DNA from: Thermodesulfobacteriota bacterium | Lineage (GTDB): Bacteria > Desulfobacterota_D > UBA1144 > Nemesobacterales > UBA2774 | DNA: 64,000 bases | Assembly (NCBI GenBank): GCA_965216785.1 | Contig: OZ244197.1 | Location: 2,944,001-3,008,000, forward strand | Direction of reading: 5' to 3' | Shown: positions 30,471 to 40,970 of the stretch, piece by piece | Position numbering within the stretch: position 1 is the first letter of the stretch | Layout of the letters: each line of letters opens with the position of its first letter | The notes under the pieces: model-generated | Seen by the model: the letters and a program-made list of their open reading frames with translations, nothing else | Told to the model about the DNA's origin: nothing | Database searches by the model: none | Program-made: the position numbers and the translations under genes

Positions 30471-33167
30471 TTAAAGCTCTTGTTTAAACTCCTCGTGTAC
30501 ATAGAATTCAAAGGTATCACCTACCTTTATGTCATTAAACTTCTCAATACCAATTCCGCATTCATAACCTGCGTTAACTTCCTTCACATCATCTTTAAAT
30601 CTTCTGAGGGAATCAAGCTTTCCATCGTACACAACCACGCCGTCGCGGATCACCCGCACGCTGCTGTCCCGAACGACATTTCCGTCATTTACCATACAGC
30701 CTGCAATGGTTCCGATCCTGGATATATGAAAGGTCTCTCTTACTTCCGCGTGTCCTGTAATTTTCTCTTTGACTATTGGATCAAGCAGACCTTCCATCGC
30801 ACTTCTGACCCTATCTATCAGGTTATAGATGATAGTGTGAAGCTCAAGCGAGACTCCTTCTCTCTCTGACGCATCAAGGGCTTTTGAGTCAGGTCTGACG
30901 TTAAACCCTACGATGATGGCTTGAGAAGCGCTCGCGAGAATAACATCCGTCTCGTTCACGCCGCCAACTCCTGTGTGTACCACTTTCACCTGACATTTTT
31001 CAGTACTTAGTTTTTCTATGGATTCCCGTACAGCTTCGACAGAGCCCTGTGTGTCGGCTTTTATAATTAGAGGAAGCTCTTTTATATCGTCTTCTTCAAG
31101 CGATTCGAACAGATTCTCAAGTGAAAGCGTAGGCTTGAGCTCCTTTGCTGCCGCGGTTTCTCTGCGCTTTGTTTCCCTGTGGCCGACTACTTCTTTAGCC
31201 GCCTTCTCGTCCTTTACAACGTAAAACCGCTCACCTGCTTCAGGCACCCCGGAAAGACCCATTATTTCAGCCGGGTCCGAAGGTCCCGCTTCTTTAATCC
31301 GGTTTCCTTTATCGTCCTGCAGTGCTCTCACTTTACCGTAGGTCGTTCCCGCTACCACAAGGTCCCCGACCTTGAGAGTGCCCTCGCTCACGATTACCGT
31401 TGCAACCGGGCCCCTGCCCTTATCAAGTACCGCTTCAATCACGAATCCGTTCGCCCTCTTCTCTTTATCACTCTTGAGCTCAAGCAGATCTGCTTGAAGT
31501 AAAACGAGCTCCAGCAGCTCTTTAATTCCCTTTGATTGCTTTGCAGAAACCTCTGCAAAAAGCGTATCTCCGCCCCACTCCTCGGAGAGAAGACCTATCT
31601 CTGAGAGCTGGCGTTTTATCTTTTCTACATCCGCGTTGTCTTTATCAACTTTATTTATCGCGACAATTATCGGCACTTCCGCAGCGCGCGCATGATTAAC
31701 AGCCTCTTCGGTCTGCGGCATTACGCCATCATCAGCTGCGACTACAAGAATTACAATATCAGTTACCTTAGCGCCCCGGGCTCTCATCGCTGTAAAGGCC
31801 TCATGACCCGGCGTGTCAACGAACGCTACCTTGCGCCCGTCTAAATCAACCGAATAGGCACCAATGTGCTGCGTAATACCTCCCGCCTCTCCTTCTACTA
31901 CATTTGTTTTTCTTATCGAGTCAAGGAGCGTCGTCTTACCATGATCCACATGGCCCATAACGGTCACAACAGGTGGTCTAGGTGTTAGCTCGCCGCCGCT
32001 ATCTTCTTCGCTTGTTTCCTCTAAGAGAAGATTATCTTCTTCAAAAATATCAACTACAACTTCATAACCGAACTCTTCGGCTACCAAAGTCGCGGTTTCG
32101 TGATCGAGGGCCTGGTTCAATGTTGCCTTAACACCCAGGGAAATTAGTTTTTTGATAAGGTCTCCGGCCTTAACGCTCATGAGCTTTGCCAGCTCGCCAA
32201 GGTTTATGGATTCCCCTATTTTTACAACTCTTTTTGACGGTTTTGCTGTAAATGGTATTACTTCAGCTGAATCAGTTGTCGCCTGTAAGGGTTGCCTTGT
32301 TCTTGCCGAATCCCTGCCCCCTTTATCAAAGCGCCTATCCCGCTGAGCATTTCCCGCTTGAGGGCGGGTTCTGGGGCGTCTGTCATCAACCAGGTATTCT
32401 CTTTTTCTACCCGGAAGTTTAGTTCTAAACGCCTTTCTCAATTCCTCCAGCGTATCCTCATCTATAATCTCCTCACGCTTCGGTTTGACCCTCTTAGTTT
32501 TTTTCTTGAACTTTTTAGCAGCCTCTTCAGGGGTATCCTTAGCTTCCCCCTTAGCACCGTCTGTCTGATCTTCTTTACCCTCAAGAGGTTTATCCTCTTC
32601 TTTTTTAGCTTCCTCTATTTGTTCAGATTCTAACTTCTGCTCCGGCTCCTGAGTTTCTAGAGCGTCAGAGGCCAGTTCTTCTGGGATTTGGCTTTTTGCT
32701 TCTTCCGACACATCGGAAAGCTCTGCCTGTTGCTCCTCTGACTCCGGAGTCTTGGCCTCAAGCTCAGTTTGGGATGTATCTATCTCTTTTGATGCGGTGG
32801 CTTCTTCTGTTAATTCGGCATCAGGCGTTTGAGCGGCGTCCTGCTCTATTTCAGGCTCAATTGGCTCGTCGAGTTTTTTCTTTCTCCGAAGCACAACTCG
32901 CGCCCCTTTCCTTCTCTCAACCACCTCGGCGCCCGACTCTGACTTAAATACTCTTACTTTTTCCTGTTCCTCAGCCTGCGGGTCTTTAGCTTTAGGCTCG
33001 GACTTATCCGCTGAACCGATCTTGTCGATTATCCTTTTAGCTTCCTCGTCAGATATAGAGCTTGCGTGACTTTTTACCGAAATGCCAAGACCTTTTGCTA
33101 CGTTCAATATCTCTTTATTGGTTTTATCAAGGTCTCGCGAGAGCTCATACACTCTTACATTTGCCAT
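30471..33167 (-). CDS. infB: Translation initiation factor IF-2
   Basis: RVYELS N-domain, [39 protein letters not shown]. Confidence 0.97.
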   Translation of the reverse strand: MANVRVYELSRDLDKTNKEILNVAKGLGISVKSHASSISDEEAKRIIDKIGSADKSEPKAKDPQAEEQEKVRVFKSESGAEVVERRKGARVVLRRKKKLDEPIEPEIEQDAAQTPDAELTEEATASKEIDTSQTELEAKTPESEEQQAELSDVSEEAKSQIPEELASDALETQEPEQKLESEQIEEAKKEEDKPLEGKEDQTDGAKGEAKDTPEEAAKKFKKKTKRVKPKREEIIDEDTLEELRKAFRTKLPGRKREYLVDDRRPRTRPQAGNAQRDRRFDKGGRDSARTRQPLQATTDSAEVIPFTAKPSKRVVKIGESINLGELAKLMSVKAGDLIKKLISLGVKATLNQALDHETATLVAEEFGYEVVVDIFEEDNLLLEETSEEDSGGELTPRPPVVTVMGHVDHGKTTLLDSIRKTNVVEGEAGGITQHIGAYSVDLDGRKVAFVDTPGHEAFTAMRARGAKVTDIVILVVAADDGVMPQTEEAVNHARAAEVPIIVAINKVDKDNADVEKIKRQLSEIGLLSEEWGGDTLFAEVSAKQSKGIKELLELVLLQADLLELKSDKEKRANGFVIEAVLDKGRGPVATVIVSEGTLKVGDLVVAGTTYGKVRALQDDKGNRIKEAGPSDPAEIMGLSGVPEAGERFYVVKDEKAAKEVVGHRETKRRETAAAKELKPTLSLENLFESLEEDDIKELPLIIKADTQGSVEAVRESIEKLSTEKCQVKVVHTGVGGVNETDVILASASQAIIVGFNVRPDSKALDASEREGVSLELHTIIYNLIDRVRSAMEGLLDPIVKEKITGHAEVRETFHISRIGTIAGCMVNDGNVVRDSSVRVIRDGVVVYDGKLDSLRRFKDDVKEVNAGYECGIGIEKFNDIKVGDTFEFYVHEEFKQEL

Positions 33168-33489
33168 ATACAATTACACCTTCACTTTATCAAAACTTTA
33201 TTTTACACTTTATGAAAACTTTATTTGCATTTTATTAATACTTTTTTCGCGCTTTTCCAATACTATTTTCAGATTACAGAAACCACCTTGCACGTAAACT
33301 AAACTTCATTGCCTAAAATATTAAGTATATCCGAGTTAGAGTACCAAAAATTAACCCAGTATGCAAAAAAACAACCATGTGCTTAATTCTATATAAGCTA
33401 CTTATCTAATGCTAAAATCCCCTTTACACCAGCCCTCTAATAACCCGGTGCTTTAATACCAATACGGTTATGGAGTTTAGATATAGAGC

Positions 33490-34917
33490 TTATTCCTGCT
33501 CCGGCAGAGCTTTCTCTTCTGACTCCGGCGCTTGCTCAAGCTCGGTCTCTGTATCCGCAACAGGCTCGGTTTCAGTTGCGAGTTCGGCGTCGGGGGCAGA
33601 CTCGATTTCCGGAGCAGATTCGTCGTCCGGAGCGGGTTCCTCATCAGTGAACGTCATTTGCTCCAGTTTGTCCTTGAGAGCGAATCTGGCTGCAGTCTGT
33701 AGTTTTTCCGCCTCTTCTTCGTCTTTCAGGCCGCCGGCTTTTATTAAAGCTTCGGGATCGGCAAAAGCTACATCTTCTAAATTCTGAAATCCTTCTGAAT
33801 ATAATAGGTTAGCCGTAACTTCTTTTACATTTGGAAGTGACATAAGCAGTGATACGATTTCATTCTGCTCCAGCTTGACTTGCGAGTCCGTCTTTATATC
33901 TATCTTCCAGTCAGTAAGCTGTGAGGCAAGTCTCACGTTCTGTCCCCTGCGCCCGATTGCAAGCGAAAGCTGATCATCGTCCACTATAATTTCCATCGCC
34001 TTATTTTCGTCATCGATTATAACCTTATTCACCCGCGCAGGTGAAAGCGCATTGCAAGCGAATCTCGCATGATCAGGAGACCACGGCACAATATCAATTT
34101 TCTCGCCCTTTAGCTCCTGTATTACGTTTTGAACCCTAGCTCCACGCATACCCACGCATGCGCCGACAGGGTCTACATCGGGGTCAATTGAAGTAACGGC
34201 AATTTTAGTTCTACCACCGGCATCCCTTGAGATAGCTTTAATGTTGACGATTTGCTCCCCTATCTCGGGCACTTCGGATTCAAAGAGCTTTCTTACAAAA
34301 TCCCTGTGAGAGCGCGACAGTATTAGCTGCGGGCCCCTCTTTGTCTCTTTAATATCTATAAGTATTGCTCTAAGGCGCTCTTTAGGTTTATAGTATTCTC
34401 TCGGAACCTGGTGCTCAGGAGGGAGAAACGCTTCAGTTCTGCCCAAATCCACTATTATGTTCCTTCGCTCCACCCTTCTTACAATACCGCTTATAAGCTC
34501 GCCTTTACGATTTTTAAATTCCTCGTATATTACTTTTCCTTCCGCTTCTTTTATGCTTTGTAGTATGCGCTGTTTTGCGTTTTGAATAGCAATTCTAGTG
34601 AACTCGGGATTTATAGTTACACCTATCTGGTCTCCGACTTCAGCTTCGGGGTCAAGTGTTTGAGCTTCTTCCATATCTATTTCAGACTCTGAGTCCTCTA
34701 CACTCTCAACTACCGTTTTAAACTCAAACAGCTCCACATCCCCGTCCTCGTCATTAAAATGGACTTCGAGCTCCTTATCCATGTCCTGCATACGGTAGAG
34801 CTTCTGTGCTGCGGACAAAACCGCTTCTTCAACAGCCATGACTATCTCGTCCCTGTTGATGCCCTTGTCCTTACATACAGAATCCATTACTCGGCTAAGT
34901 TCGGTCATTACTGCCAT
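33490..34917 (-). CDS. nusA: Transcription termination/antitermination factor NusA
   Basis: DPVGACVGMRGARVQ, LSLAIGRRGQNVRLA; acidic C-terminal tail. Confidence 0.96.
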   Translation of the reverse strand: MAVMTELSRVMDSVCKDKGINRDEIVMAVEEAVLSAAQKLYRMQDMDKELEVHFNDEDGDVELFEFKTVVESVEDSESEIDMEEAQTLDPEAEVGDQIGVTINPEFTRIAIQNAKQRILQSIKEAEGKVIYEEFKNRKGELISGIVRRVERRNIIVDLGRTEAFLPPEHQVPREYYKPKERLRAILIDIKETKRGPQLILSRSHRDFVRKLFESEVPEIGEQIVNIKAISRDAGGRTKIAVTSIDPDVDPVGACVGMRGARVQNVIQELKGEKIDIVPWSPDHARFACNALSPARVNKVIIDDENKAMEIIVDDDQLSLAIGRRGQNVRLASQLTDWKIDIKTDSQVKLEQNEIVSLLMSLPNVKEVTANLLYSEGFQNLEDVAFADPEALIKAGGLKDEEEAEKLQTAARFALKDKLEQMTFTDEEPAPDDESAPEIESAPDAELATETEPVADTETELEQAPESEEKALPEQE

Positions 34918-34930
34918 TTTGATTCTCCCT

Positions 34931-35398
34931 CTATAGATCCAATTCCAAGTTCGCTTTTTCTATCTGACCAAACGGTATCTCATAGGTACCGTTTTCAGTT
35001 TCAACTGTTACTTTATCGTCTTTATATTGAATAAGCTTCCCTATAAACATATTCCTATCTTCAATCTCAACCTCTGTTTTAATCTTTACCTTCTTTCCCA
35101 GAAATCTTACGAATTCGACGGGATTTCTGAGCGCTCTTGTAAGCCCTGGTGAAGACACCTCAAGAGTGTAAGAGTCTTCAATCACATCGTGAACATCCAA
35201 GAGAGTTCCAAGCTCTCTGCTAACATTTGCGCAGTCATCTATAGTTACTCCCTGCTCGCTGTCTATATAAACTCTCAACATCCCCTTACGGCCCGTGCCC
35301 TTAAACACCAGATCGTACAACTCAAGCCTATATTCAGCTAATATCGGCCCTAAGAGCTCTTTAACATTGAATATTATGTCTTGATCTGAAGCGCTCAT
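34931..35398 (-). CDS. rimP: Ribosome maturation factor RimP
   Basis: LRVYID..GVTIDDC..VSR, YTLEVSSPGL.R.L. Confidence 0.95.
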   Translation of the reverse strand: MSASDQDIIFNVKELLGPILAEYRLELYDLVFKGTGRKGMLRVYIDSEQGVTIDDCANVSRELGTLLDVHDVIEDSYTLEVSSPGLTRALRNPVEFVRFLGKKVKIKTEVEIEDRNMFIGKLIQYKDDKVTVETENGTYEIPFGQIEKANLELDL

Positions 35399-35417
35399 TT
35401 AAAATTCATTAACCAAT

Positions 35418-35444
35418 AAAAAAAGCGGGTCAGACCCGCTTTTT
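35418..35444 (-). terminator. Intrinsic terminator in the rimP leader (candidate attenuator)
   Basis: Minus strand AAAAAGCGGG-TCTGA-CCCGCTTTTTTT, about 20 nt before the rimP ATG and downstream of a promoter. Confidence 0.7.
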
Positions 35445-35470
35445 ATCATTTAAATACTACCCTATCAGAG

Positions 35471-35499
35471 AGGATAGAGCAAGAAACGTCCGCTGTCAA
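35471..35499 (-). promoter_or_regulatory. Sigma-70 promoter of the rimP-nusA-infB operon
   Basis: TTGACA-17 nt-TATCCT on the minus strand. Confidence 0.65.
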
Positions 35500-35606
35500 A
35501 GAAATTGTGTTTAAACCACAATAATTGTCAAAATCTTATTCAACAAATCAATATAATCCAAATACGGTAATATAGCTCAAAAGATGTATAAGTATAAACC
35601 CAGCGT

Positions 35607-37688
35607 TTAATTGCTCTGAAGTTTCTTTCTAAGCTCACTGACCAAGTGCTTTAGCTCTGAAAGCTCTTTGGCAGACTTTACATCACCAAACCTGATTTTG
35701 AGGTATTTATCTGTGACTCGCCTAAGAACAGTATAATCCTGTCCACCCCTTTTAATAACGTAGTCAGAAAACTCCCCCGGAGTCATAGAGGCGGGTTTAT
35801 CATAGCCCCTTTTCGAAAGATATTTAAGCACCTTTTGGTATTGAATTGATGCTTTATCTGAGACGGTATCATTTCTGGATCCTATAATGTGCAAGAAAGC
35901 CGGTTTTTTAACGAATAGCCAGAGCCCCAATAGGGCAGCGGCAATTATAGCTAATGAACTTTTGTTAAATGAGAGTCCAATACTCGGGGGGCTCATGAAT
36001 TTACGCTTCTGCCAATTGACCGAGTTTTCTATCCCGCTCAGTATCTTTATCTGGTCCCCTTGGTTGAAATCGACCACGTAGCGCTGCCATCTGAACTTTA
36101 AGTAGTCAATATACGTAAGAGCAAACCAGCGGTCCCTTAGGTGAAAAGCGCTCTCTGCCTCAGGTGTGGCGTCAAAGGTAACCCAGCCGTATGAGGGGAA
36201 ATATACTTCCGCCCAAGAATGGGCGTCACTTTCGCGCACCAGGTAAAACTCACCGTGCGGGTTCCACTCCCCACCCACAAATCCGTTTACTATTCGCGCG
36301 GGAACCCCTGCTTCCCTTAGTAATATGGCCATCGCCGTCGCGAAGTATTCACAGTGCCCTACCTTTTTTTCGAATAGAAAGTCTTCGAGAGGGCTGTCTA
36401 TTGAGGATGTGCCAAGAGTCCTGGTGTACTCGAAATTCTCTAAAAGATAGAGCTTTATAGAAAGGGCTTTGTCATAGGGAGTTTGGTCATTCTCCGTAAT
36501 TTCGCGGGCGAGCTCAGTGAGTTTTGAGATACCATGATCCAGTTGTAAGAACTGCGCTCTTATATCCTCGGGATATTCAGCGCCGTCATTACTGAGCATA
36601 GCGCTCGATGGTGTGTGGGTATCTGAATAAGCGTAATATTTCATTCTCCCAGAGACCCCTCCCAATAGCATGTAGGAATCGTTGATACGCTCAAGCCTCC
36701 TTCTGCCCTTTGCTTTAAAGCCCATTGGCTTTTCCGCTGCAAAGAGGATATTCGAATCAAGTGGCTCTGTAACAATCTCCTGTTGCAGCAGCTTATTGGA
36801 GCTTTCCCCTGTTCTAAATACACCTCCTCCCTGTGCATTGTGAAGCCTATACCCCTGCCCGCTCGATTTCCACTTTGTGCCGTCAAAGTGATCAAGCGCA
36901 ATCCCTCTCCAGTAAATTGGGATCGGGACGGATACTTCAGCAGGGTTTAATATATGGACTCTCATTACAGCAGAATCGTCAAGCTTAATCTCGCCCACTC
37001 GTCCGAGAGTAACTTCTTCAGAAAAACCGCTTCTGAGCTCTCTTTGGTTTAAGAATGAGCCCGCGAAAAACCCTGACTTTACACGTGGTACAGATACGAA
37101 TATCAGCGCCGCAATTATAAAAATACAAAAGCTTAAGATAAAAGTGGTGCTTAAAAACAGGGGAGTAACAACTTTTGGGTCTTGACTCCCGGGACTATTG
37201 TAGTCCGAAGGGCTCTTTTGATCTACAGCCTCCTTATTCATCGAGTAGACCATAACGGCCCATATCGCAACCGCAATATAAAAAAGAAATACAACCCCGT
37301 ATGAGAAGCTCACGGTAAGCACCGTGCCCGCTAAGAACTGAAAGAAGCTAAGTAGGTATATCTGCATTACATCCCTTGAGCTTTTACTGCCGAGTAGTTT
37401 TAGAATTTGGGTGTAGATTAGAAAGTCCAGAAGGCCTGTAATAATTTCTACACCCAAGAATAGAATGTTGAATCCCACGTAGAGGATAAGAAGCACTGCC
37501 AGGAGTGAAGTTGTGCCGCTACCCAGGTAATAGCCTTTTTCGTAGCTTTCATTTATAAAACTGAGCGCTAACGAAAGAGAAAATAGTACAATTGTGAATA
37601 GTGACACTACCCCAGTAATTGACAGCGCCACAAAGCCCGAGAGCGCGATCAGATGGGTGAATAAGATGAGCGCCTGAGAGATTCTCAT
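35607..37688 (-). CDS. TgpA-like membrane transglutaminase-domain protein (DUF3488/TGase/DUF4129)
   Basis: N-terminal TM helices, YWRG..LD.FDG..W, GHCEYFATAM, AHSWAEVY, GW..FDATP (Cys-His-Asp triad). Confidence 0.88.
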   Translation of the reverse strand: MRISQALILFTHLIALSGFVALSITGVVSLFTIVLFSLSLALSFINESYEKGYYLGSGTTSLLAVLLILYVGFNILFLGVEIITGLLDFLIYTQILKLLGSKSSRDVMQIYLLSFFQFLAGTVLTVSFSYGVVFLFYIAVAIWAVMVYSMNKEAVDQKSPSDYNSPGSQDPKVVTPLFLSTTFILSFCIFIIAALIFVSVPRVKSGFFAGSFLNQRELRSGFSEEVTLGRVGEIKLDDSAVMRVHILNPAEVSVPIPIYWRGIALDHFDGTKWKSSGQGYRLHNAQGGGVFRTGESSNKLLQQEIVTEPLDSNILFAAEKPMGFKAKGRRRLERINDSYMLLGGVSGRMKYYAYSDTHTPSSAMLSNDGAEYPEDIRAQFLQLDHGISKLTELAREITENDQTPYDKALSIKLYLLENFEYTRTLGTSSIDSPLEDFLFEKKVGHCEYFATAMAILLREAGVPARIVNGFVGGEWNPHGEFYLVRESDAHSWAEVYFPSYGWVTFDATPEAESAFHLRDRWFALTYIDYLKFRWQRYVVDFNQGDQIKILSGIENSVNWQKRKFMSPPSIGLSFNKSSLAIIAAALLGLWLFVKKPAFLHIIGSRNDTVSDKASIQYQKVLKYLSKRGYDKPASMTPGEFSDYVIKRGGQDYTVLRRVTDKYLKIRFGDVKSAKELSELKHLVSELRKKLQSN

Positions 37689-37832
37689 ACCGTAGTAATA
37701 ATTCTATAGCTTGGATAAAGCAGTGTAAACTAAAAAACACTCAGCTCTTAAGGGATGGATACCGCGCTTTTGTTCCTAAATCTAGCGCTTTTAGATTAGA
37801 TCAACTTTATTTCAATTTACAAAGACCGCTCG

Positions 37833-38249
37833 TCAGCGGTGGGTACCCTGATATCTTGATTTGATTTTGTGTAAAGTTTCTATTTGCTCCGGGGTTAGCA
37901 CGCCTTTTACCTGCAGAAACATCTGAACTTTTATTCTGGTTAAAGCTGCTTTTATATCCTCAATTTCATCGATCAGCCTCAATACTTCCTCGTTGTTGGA
38001 ATCAGTCGTGTTTAGCTTTTTACCTAGCTGGATCTCCTTTTGGCGGAGCTCCTTCTGATACCTTAATATCTTATTTTTATTTGAGTTAAAAATCCTTTCT
38101 ATGGAGTCAGACTGAGATCTAGTAAGCCCCATTTCACTTGCGATGTTTGGGTTTTTCCACCACTTATAATTCGATTTGCTTCCGTAGTACGCGTAAGCGC
38201 TGAAGCTGATAAAGTAGATCAGAACAAAAAATACTAAAGATACTCTCAA
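37833..38249 (-). CDS. Periplasmic Spy/CpxP/ZraP-like helical protein
   Basis: Signal peptide, WW...GLT..Q and VLTPEQ (LTxxQ motifs). Confidence 0.75.
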   Translation of the reverse strand: MRVSLVFFVLIYFISFSAYAYYGSKSNYKWWKNPNIASEMGLTRSQSDSIERIFNSNKNKILRYQKELRQKEIQLGKKLNTTDSNNEEVLRLIDEIEDIKAALTRIKVQMFLQVKGVLTPEQIETLHKIKSRYQGTHR

Positions 38250-38746
38250 TTCATACCTCCATTACCATTTGCATCAAAGCTGTTATCCCAAGGGCCGTAT
38301 ATTGCTAGCAGCTCAGACGTCTCAGAATTAGTTGCCCTATCAAGCTCACTTAGTATTATTTCATCTTTCTCATCTCCGCTTCTGAACACCCCGTCCAGCG
38401 TGCCGGGCCCTAGTAGCGCGAACGTGAATATGCCGACTATAAATACGGTCGCCAGTGCGCCGCTTACCGCTAGCTTGGGCTTGAAACCCCTTAACCAGCC
38501 AAAGAACCCTGCTTTGGCCTTATCCTCTTCGGCTGATACTTTATTCCAAAACTCGGTAACGAACCCGCGCTCAGGCTCGATCTCATCCCAGGAATCCAGC
38601 GTATCCCAGAGTCTTTCTGAGCGAATGAAGTATTGTTCACACCCATTGCAGTCCCTTACGTGCTCATCGACTAAAACCTTCTCGGCCTCTTCTATATCAC
38701 CTGAGGAATAGCGTACGATTAATTCCTTAATGCTTCTACACTCCAT
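38246..38746 (-). CDS. Zinc-finger (HxxxCxxC) membrane anti-sigma factor
   Basis: MEC...EHVRDCNGC followed by a TM helix; overlaps the end of the sigma gene. Confidence 0.85.
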   Translation of the reverse strand: MECRSIKELIVRYSSGDIEEAEKVLVDEHVRDCNGCEQYFIRSERLWDTLDSWDEIEPERGFVTEFWNKVSAEEDKAKAGFFGWLRGFKPKLAVSGALATVFIVGIFTFALLGPGTLDGVFRSGDEKDEIILSELDRATNSETSELLAIYGPWDNSFDANGNGGMN

Positions 38747-39308
38747 AGCCTCCTCCTTTCGATAAATGAGGTTCCAATATGTCTATCAGCTTCATCCTTC
38801 CTCTGTGGACGTAGGCTTTGACCGCGCCCACTGTACATTCCAGCACTTCCGATACCTCTTCATATGAAAACCCTTCATATTTACATAGCATAATAGCAAC
38901 TTTCTCTCTTTCAGGCAAAGACTCCAAAGCCTTAAATATATGTTCTTTCATCTCTTTCCTATAAATTATATCATCCGTTATCTGTACTCGTCTGTCCTCT
39001 ATATTCCCTCTGGTCTCTTCAATCTCATCTAGACTCAGGTTCTTAGGTCTTCCCTTAAGGTGGGTAATACTCACGTTTGTAGCGATTTTATATAGCCATG
39101 TAGAGAACTTAGCCTCGGGTCTATAATTCTTAGCCGAGCGGTAAACGCGGAAAAAAACTTCCTGTGCTAGATCTTCTGAGTTATCTCTCATATTCGTAAA
39201 CCTATATATATAATTCACCACCCCTTTATAATGCCTTTTCATGAGCTCGCTGAATGCACCATCATCCCCGGCTTTTGTCCTCAACATAAGCTCTATATCG
39301 CTTTGCAT
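38736..39308 (-). CDS. ECF RNA polymerase sigma factor
   Basis: EDLAQEVF, FSTWLYKIATN, LPERE...EG.SYEE.S..L....G.VK...HRGR. Confidence 0.93.
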   Translation of the reverse strand: MQSDIELMLRTKAGDDGAFSELMKRHYKGVVNYIYRFTNMRDNSEDLAQEVFFRVYRSAKNYRPEAKFSTWLYKIATNVSITHLKGRPKNLSLDEIEETRGNIEDRRVQITDDIIYRKEMKEHIFKALESLPEREKVAIMLCKYEGFSYEEVSEVLECTVGAVKAYVHRGRMKLIDILEPHLSKGGGYGV

Positions 39309-39338
39309 ATGAATGCCAGACTAGCTTTATTAATTACT

Positions 39339-39365
39339 AACCACGAAGTTCCGAAAAAGTTGCAG
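39339..39365 (-). promoter_or_regulatory. Candidate autoregulatory ECF promoter CTGCAAC-N14-GTGGTT
   Basis: AAC-type -35 element about 50 nt upstream of the sigma ATG; near-identical copy at 11448-11475. Confidence 0.55.
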
Positions 39366-39493
39366 GTTTTAACACACTTATATGAGTTTTGATGTTTAAA
39401 TATCAAATTTTGCATATCGTAATTAGGCTTGAAACCATCTATGGGAATCCAAATTTAAGGTTGTTAAAATATGAATCCTAACATATTGAGAAC

Positions 39494-40066
39494 CTATTTC
39501 TTTTTAAGTCTTTCGAGATATTCACCGGTTCTTGTGTCGACCTTTATTACGTCCCCTATATCTATAAATAGAGGAACCTGTATAGTGGCTCCGGATTCAA
39601 GCTTGGCTGGCTTGGTGCCTCCGGACACGGTATCCCCTTTTACGCCCGGCTCTGTTTCCGACACCTCTATTTCAACAGCCGTCGGAAGCTCAACACCCGA
39701 GGGCTCATCATTAAAATAAAGAATGTTTACTTCCTGCTGCTCCTTTAAAAATTTTGCGGAATCTCCCACCTGCTCGGGGCTTAACGTGTGCTGCTCGTAG
39801 GATTCCATGTCCATAAAATTAAACCCAACATCGTCTTTATATAGAAACTGCATGTTCTTCCTTTCCATATCTGGCACTGTAAAACTGTCTCCGGAGCGGA
39901 AATTTTTCTCCTGCACGGCGCCTGTGGCCAGGTTTCTCATCTTCGTTTTCATCACGGCGCTTCTCTGCGCAACTTTTGAGTGGCGGTATTCGATTATTTC
40001 CCATATTTCCCCTTCAAACTCTATTTTAAGCCCCTTATGAAACCTGTTTGTTTCAACAACTCCCAT
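39494..40066 (-). CDS. efp: Elongation factor P
   Basis: MQFLY, FMD.ESYEQ, TEPGVKGDT.SGG.KPA.LESG, VPLFI..GD.IKVDTRTGEY.ER. The tip loop is atypical (KVAQR). Confidence 0.94.
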   Translation of the reverse strand: MGVVETNRFHKGLKIEFEGEIWEIIEYRHSKVAQRSAVMKTKMRNLATGAVQEKNFRSGDSFTVPDMERKNMQFLYKDDVGFNFMDMESYEQHTLSPEQVGDSAKFLKEQQEVNILYFNDEPSGVELPTAVEIEVSETEPGVKGDTVSGGTKPAKLESGATIQVPLFIDIGDVIKVDTRTGEYLERLKKK

Positions 40067-40112
40067 TTTCAGTACTACCTCCTTGGATGCATTTAATCCA
40101 TTAATGCGGGAA

Positions 40113-40325
40113 CTAATTCAACCCGCCTTTTATATCCTCGCAAACCTCTGACTCTTCATCGTACTCATCATTTTCATCCGGAATTTTATAATCCTCAGAC
40201 GCCCAGGCCCCGAGATCCAGCATTTTGCAGCGCTCAGAGCAAAAAGGTCTCCATATATTCCCATCCCACTTAGTTATCTTCCTACATCCGGGGCATTTCA
40301 TAGTCTTTGAGCTCTGCATATTCAT
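40113..40325 (-). CDS. yacG: DNA gyrase inhibitor YacG
   Basis: CPGC....W....[16 protein letters not shown]...YKIP. Confidence 0.9.
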   Translation of the reverse strand: MNMQSSKTMKCPGCRKITKWDGNIWRPFCSERCKMLDLGAWASEDYKIPDENDEYDEESEVCEDIKGGLN

Positions 40326-40361
40326 CTTAATATTTTAGATAAAAACATTTACTATTCATAT

Positions 40362-40967
40362 TTATTTATGAGAACTCTCATTCTTTGAGGATTCTTTTTT
40401 ATTACTAAACGCTTCGTCGATGAGCTCACATATTATATGAGCGATCGTTATGTGAAGCTCCTGAATCCTCGCTGTAGTTTTAGACGGCACACTGATGCAA
40501 CAGTCTGTAAGTCTCCTCACTTTGGACTTATCGGAACCCACAAGAGCTATAGTTTTTAACTCCATCGATTTTGCGGTTTTAAGAGCCTTAATCACGTTGG
40601 GGGACTTCCCTCCTGTGGACAGAGCAAGCGCGACATCTCCTTTTTTCCCAAGAGCCTCAATTTGTCTTGAGAATACGTTTTCGAAAGAGCCGTCATTTGA
40701 AACACTAGTTAATATAGAGCCGTCAGTCGTAAGCGCGATCGCAGAAAGAGCTTTTCTCTTAAGAGCATACTTATTCACAAGCTCAGCCGCTATATGCTGT
40801 GAATCCGAGGCGCTCCCGCCGTTTCCAAATATCAAGAGCTTATTGCCCGACTTAAAGGCTTTTTGTAGAATTACCGCTGCCTCTTCCACGTCATTAGCCG
40901 ATTCTTTCGCAAACTGAAGCTTTAGATCGGCGCTTTCTCTAAGTATCGATACTATACATTCTTTCAT
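40362..40967 (-). CDS. gmhA: D-sedoheptulose-7-phosphate isomerase
   Basis: FGNGGSASDSQHIAAEL, ALTTD...T...ND, FSRQ, RIQE.H....H. Confidence 0.92.
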   Translation of the reverse strand: MKECIVSILRESADLKLQFAKESANDVEEAAVILQKAFKSGNKLLIFGNGGSASDSQHIAAELVNKYALKRKALSAIALTTDGSILTSVSNDGSFENVFSRQIEALGKKGDVALALSTGGKSPNVIKALKTAKSMELKTIALVGSDKSKVRRLTDCCISVPSKTTARIQELHITIAHIICELIDEAFSNKKESSKNESSHK

Positions 40968-40970
40968 GTT

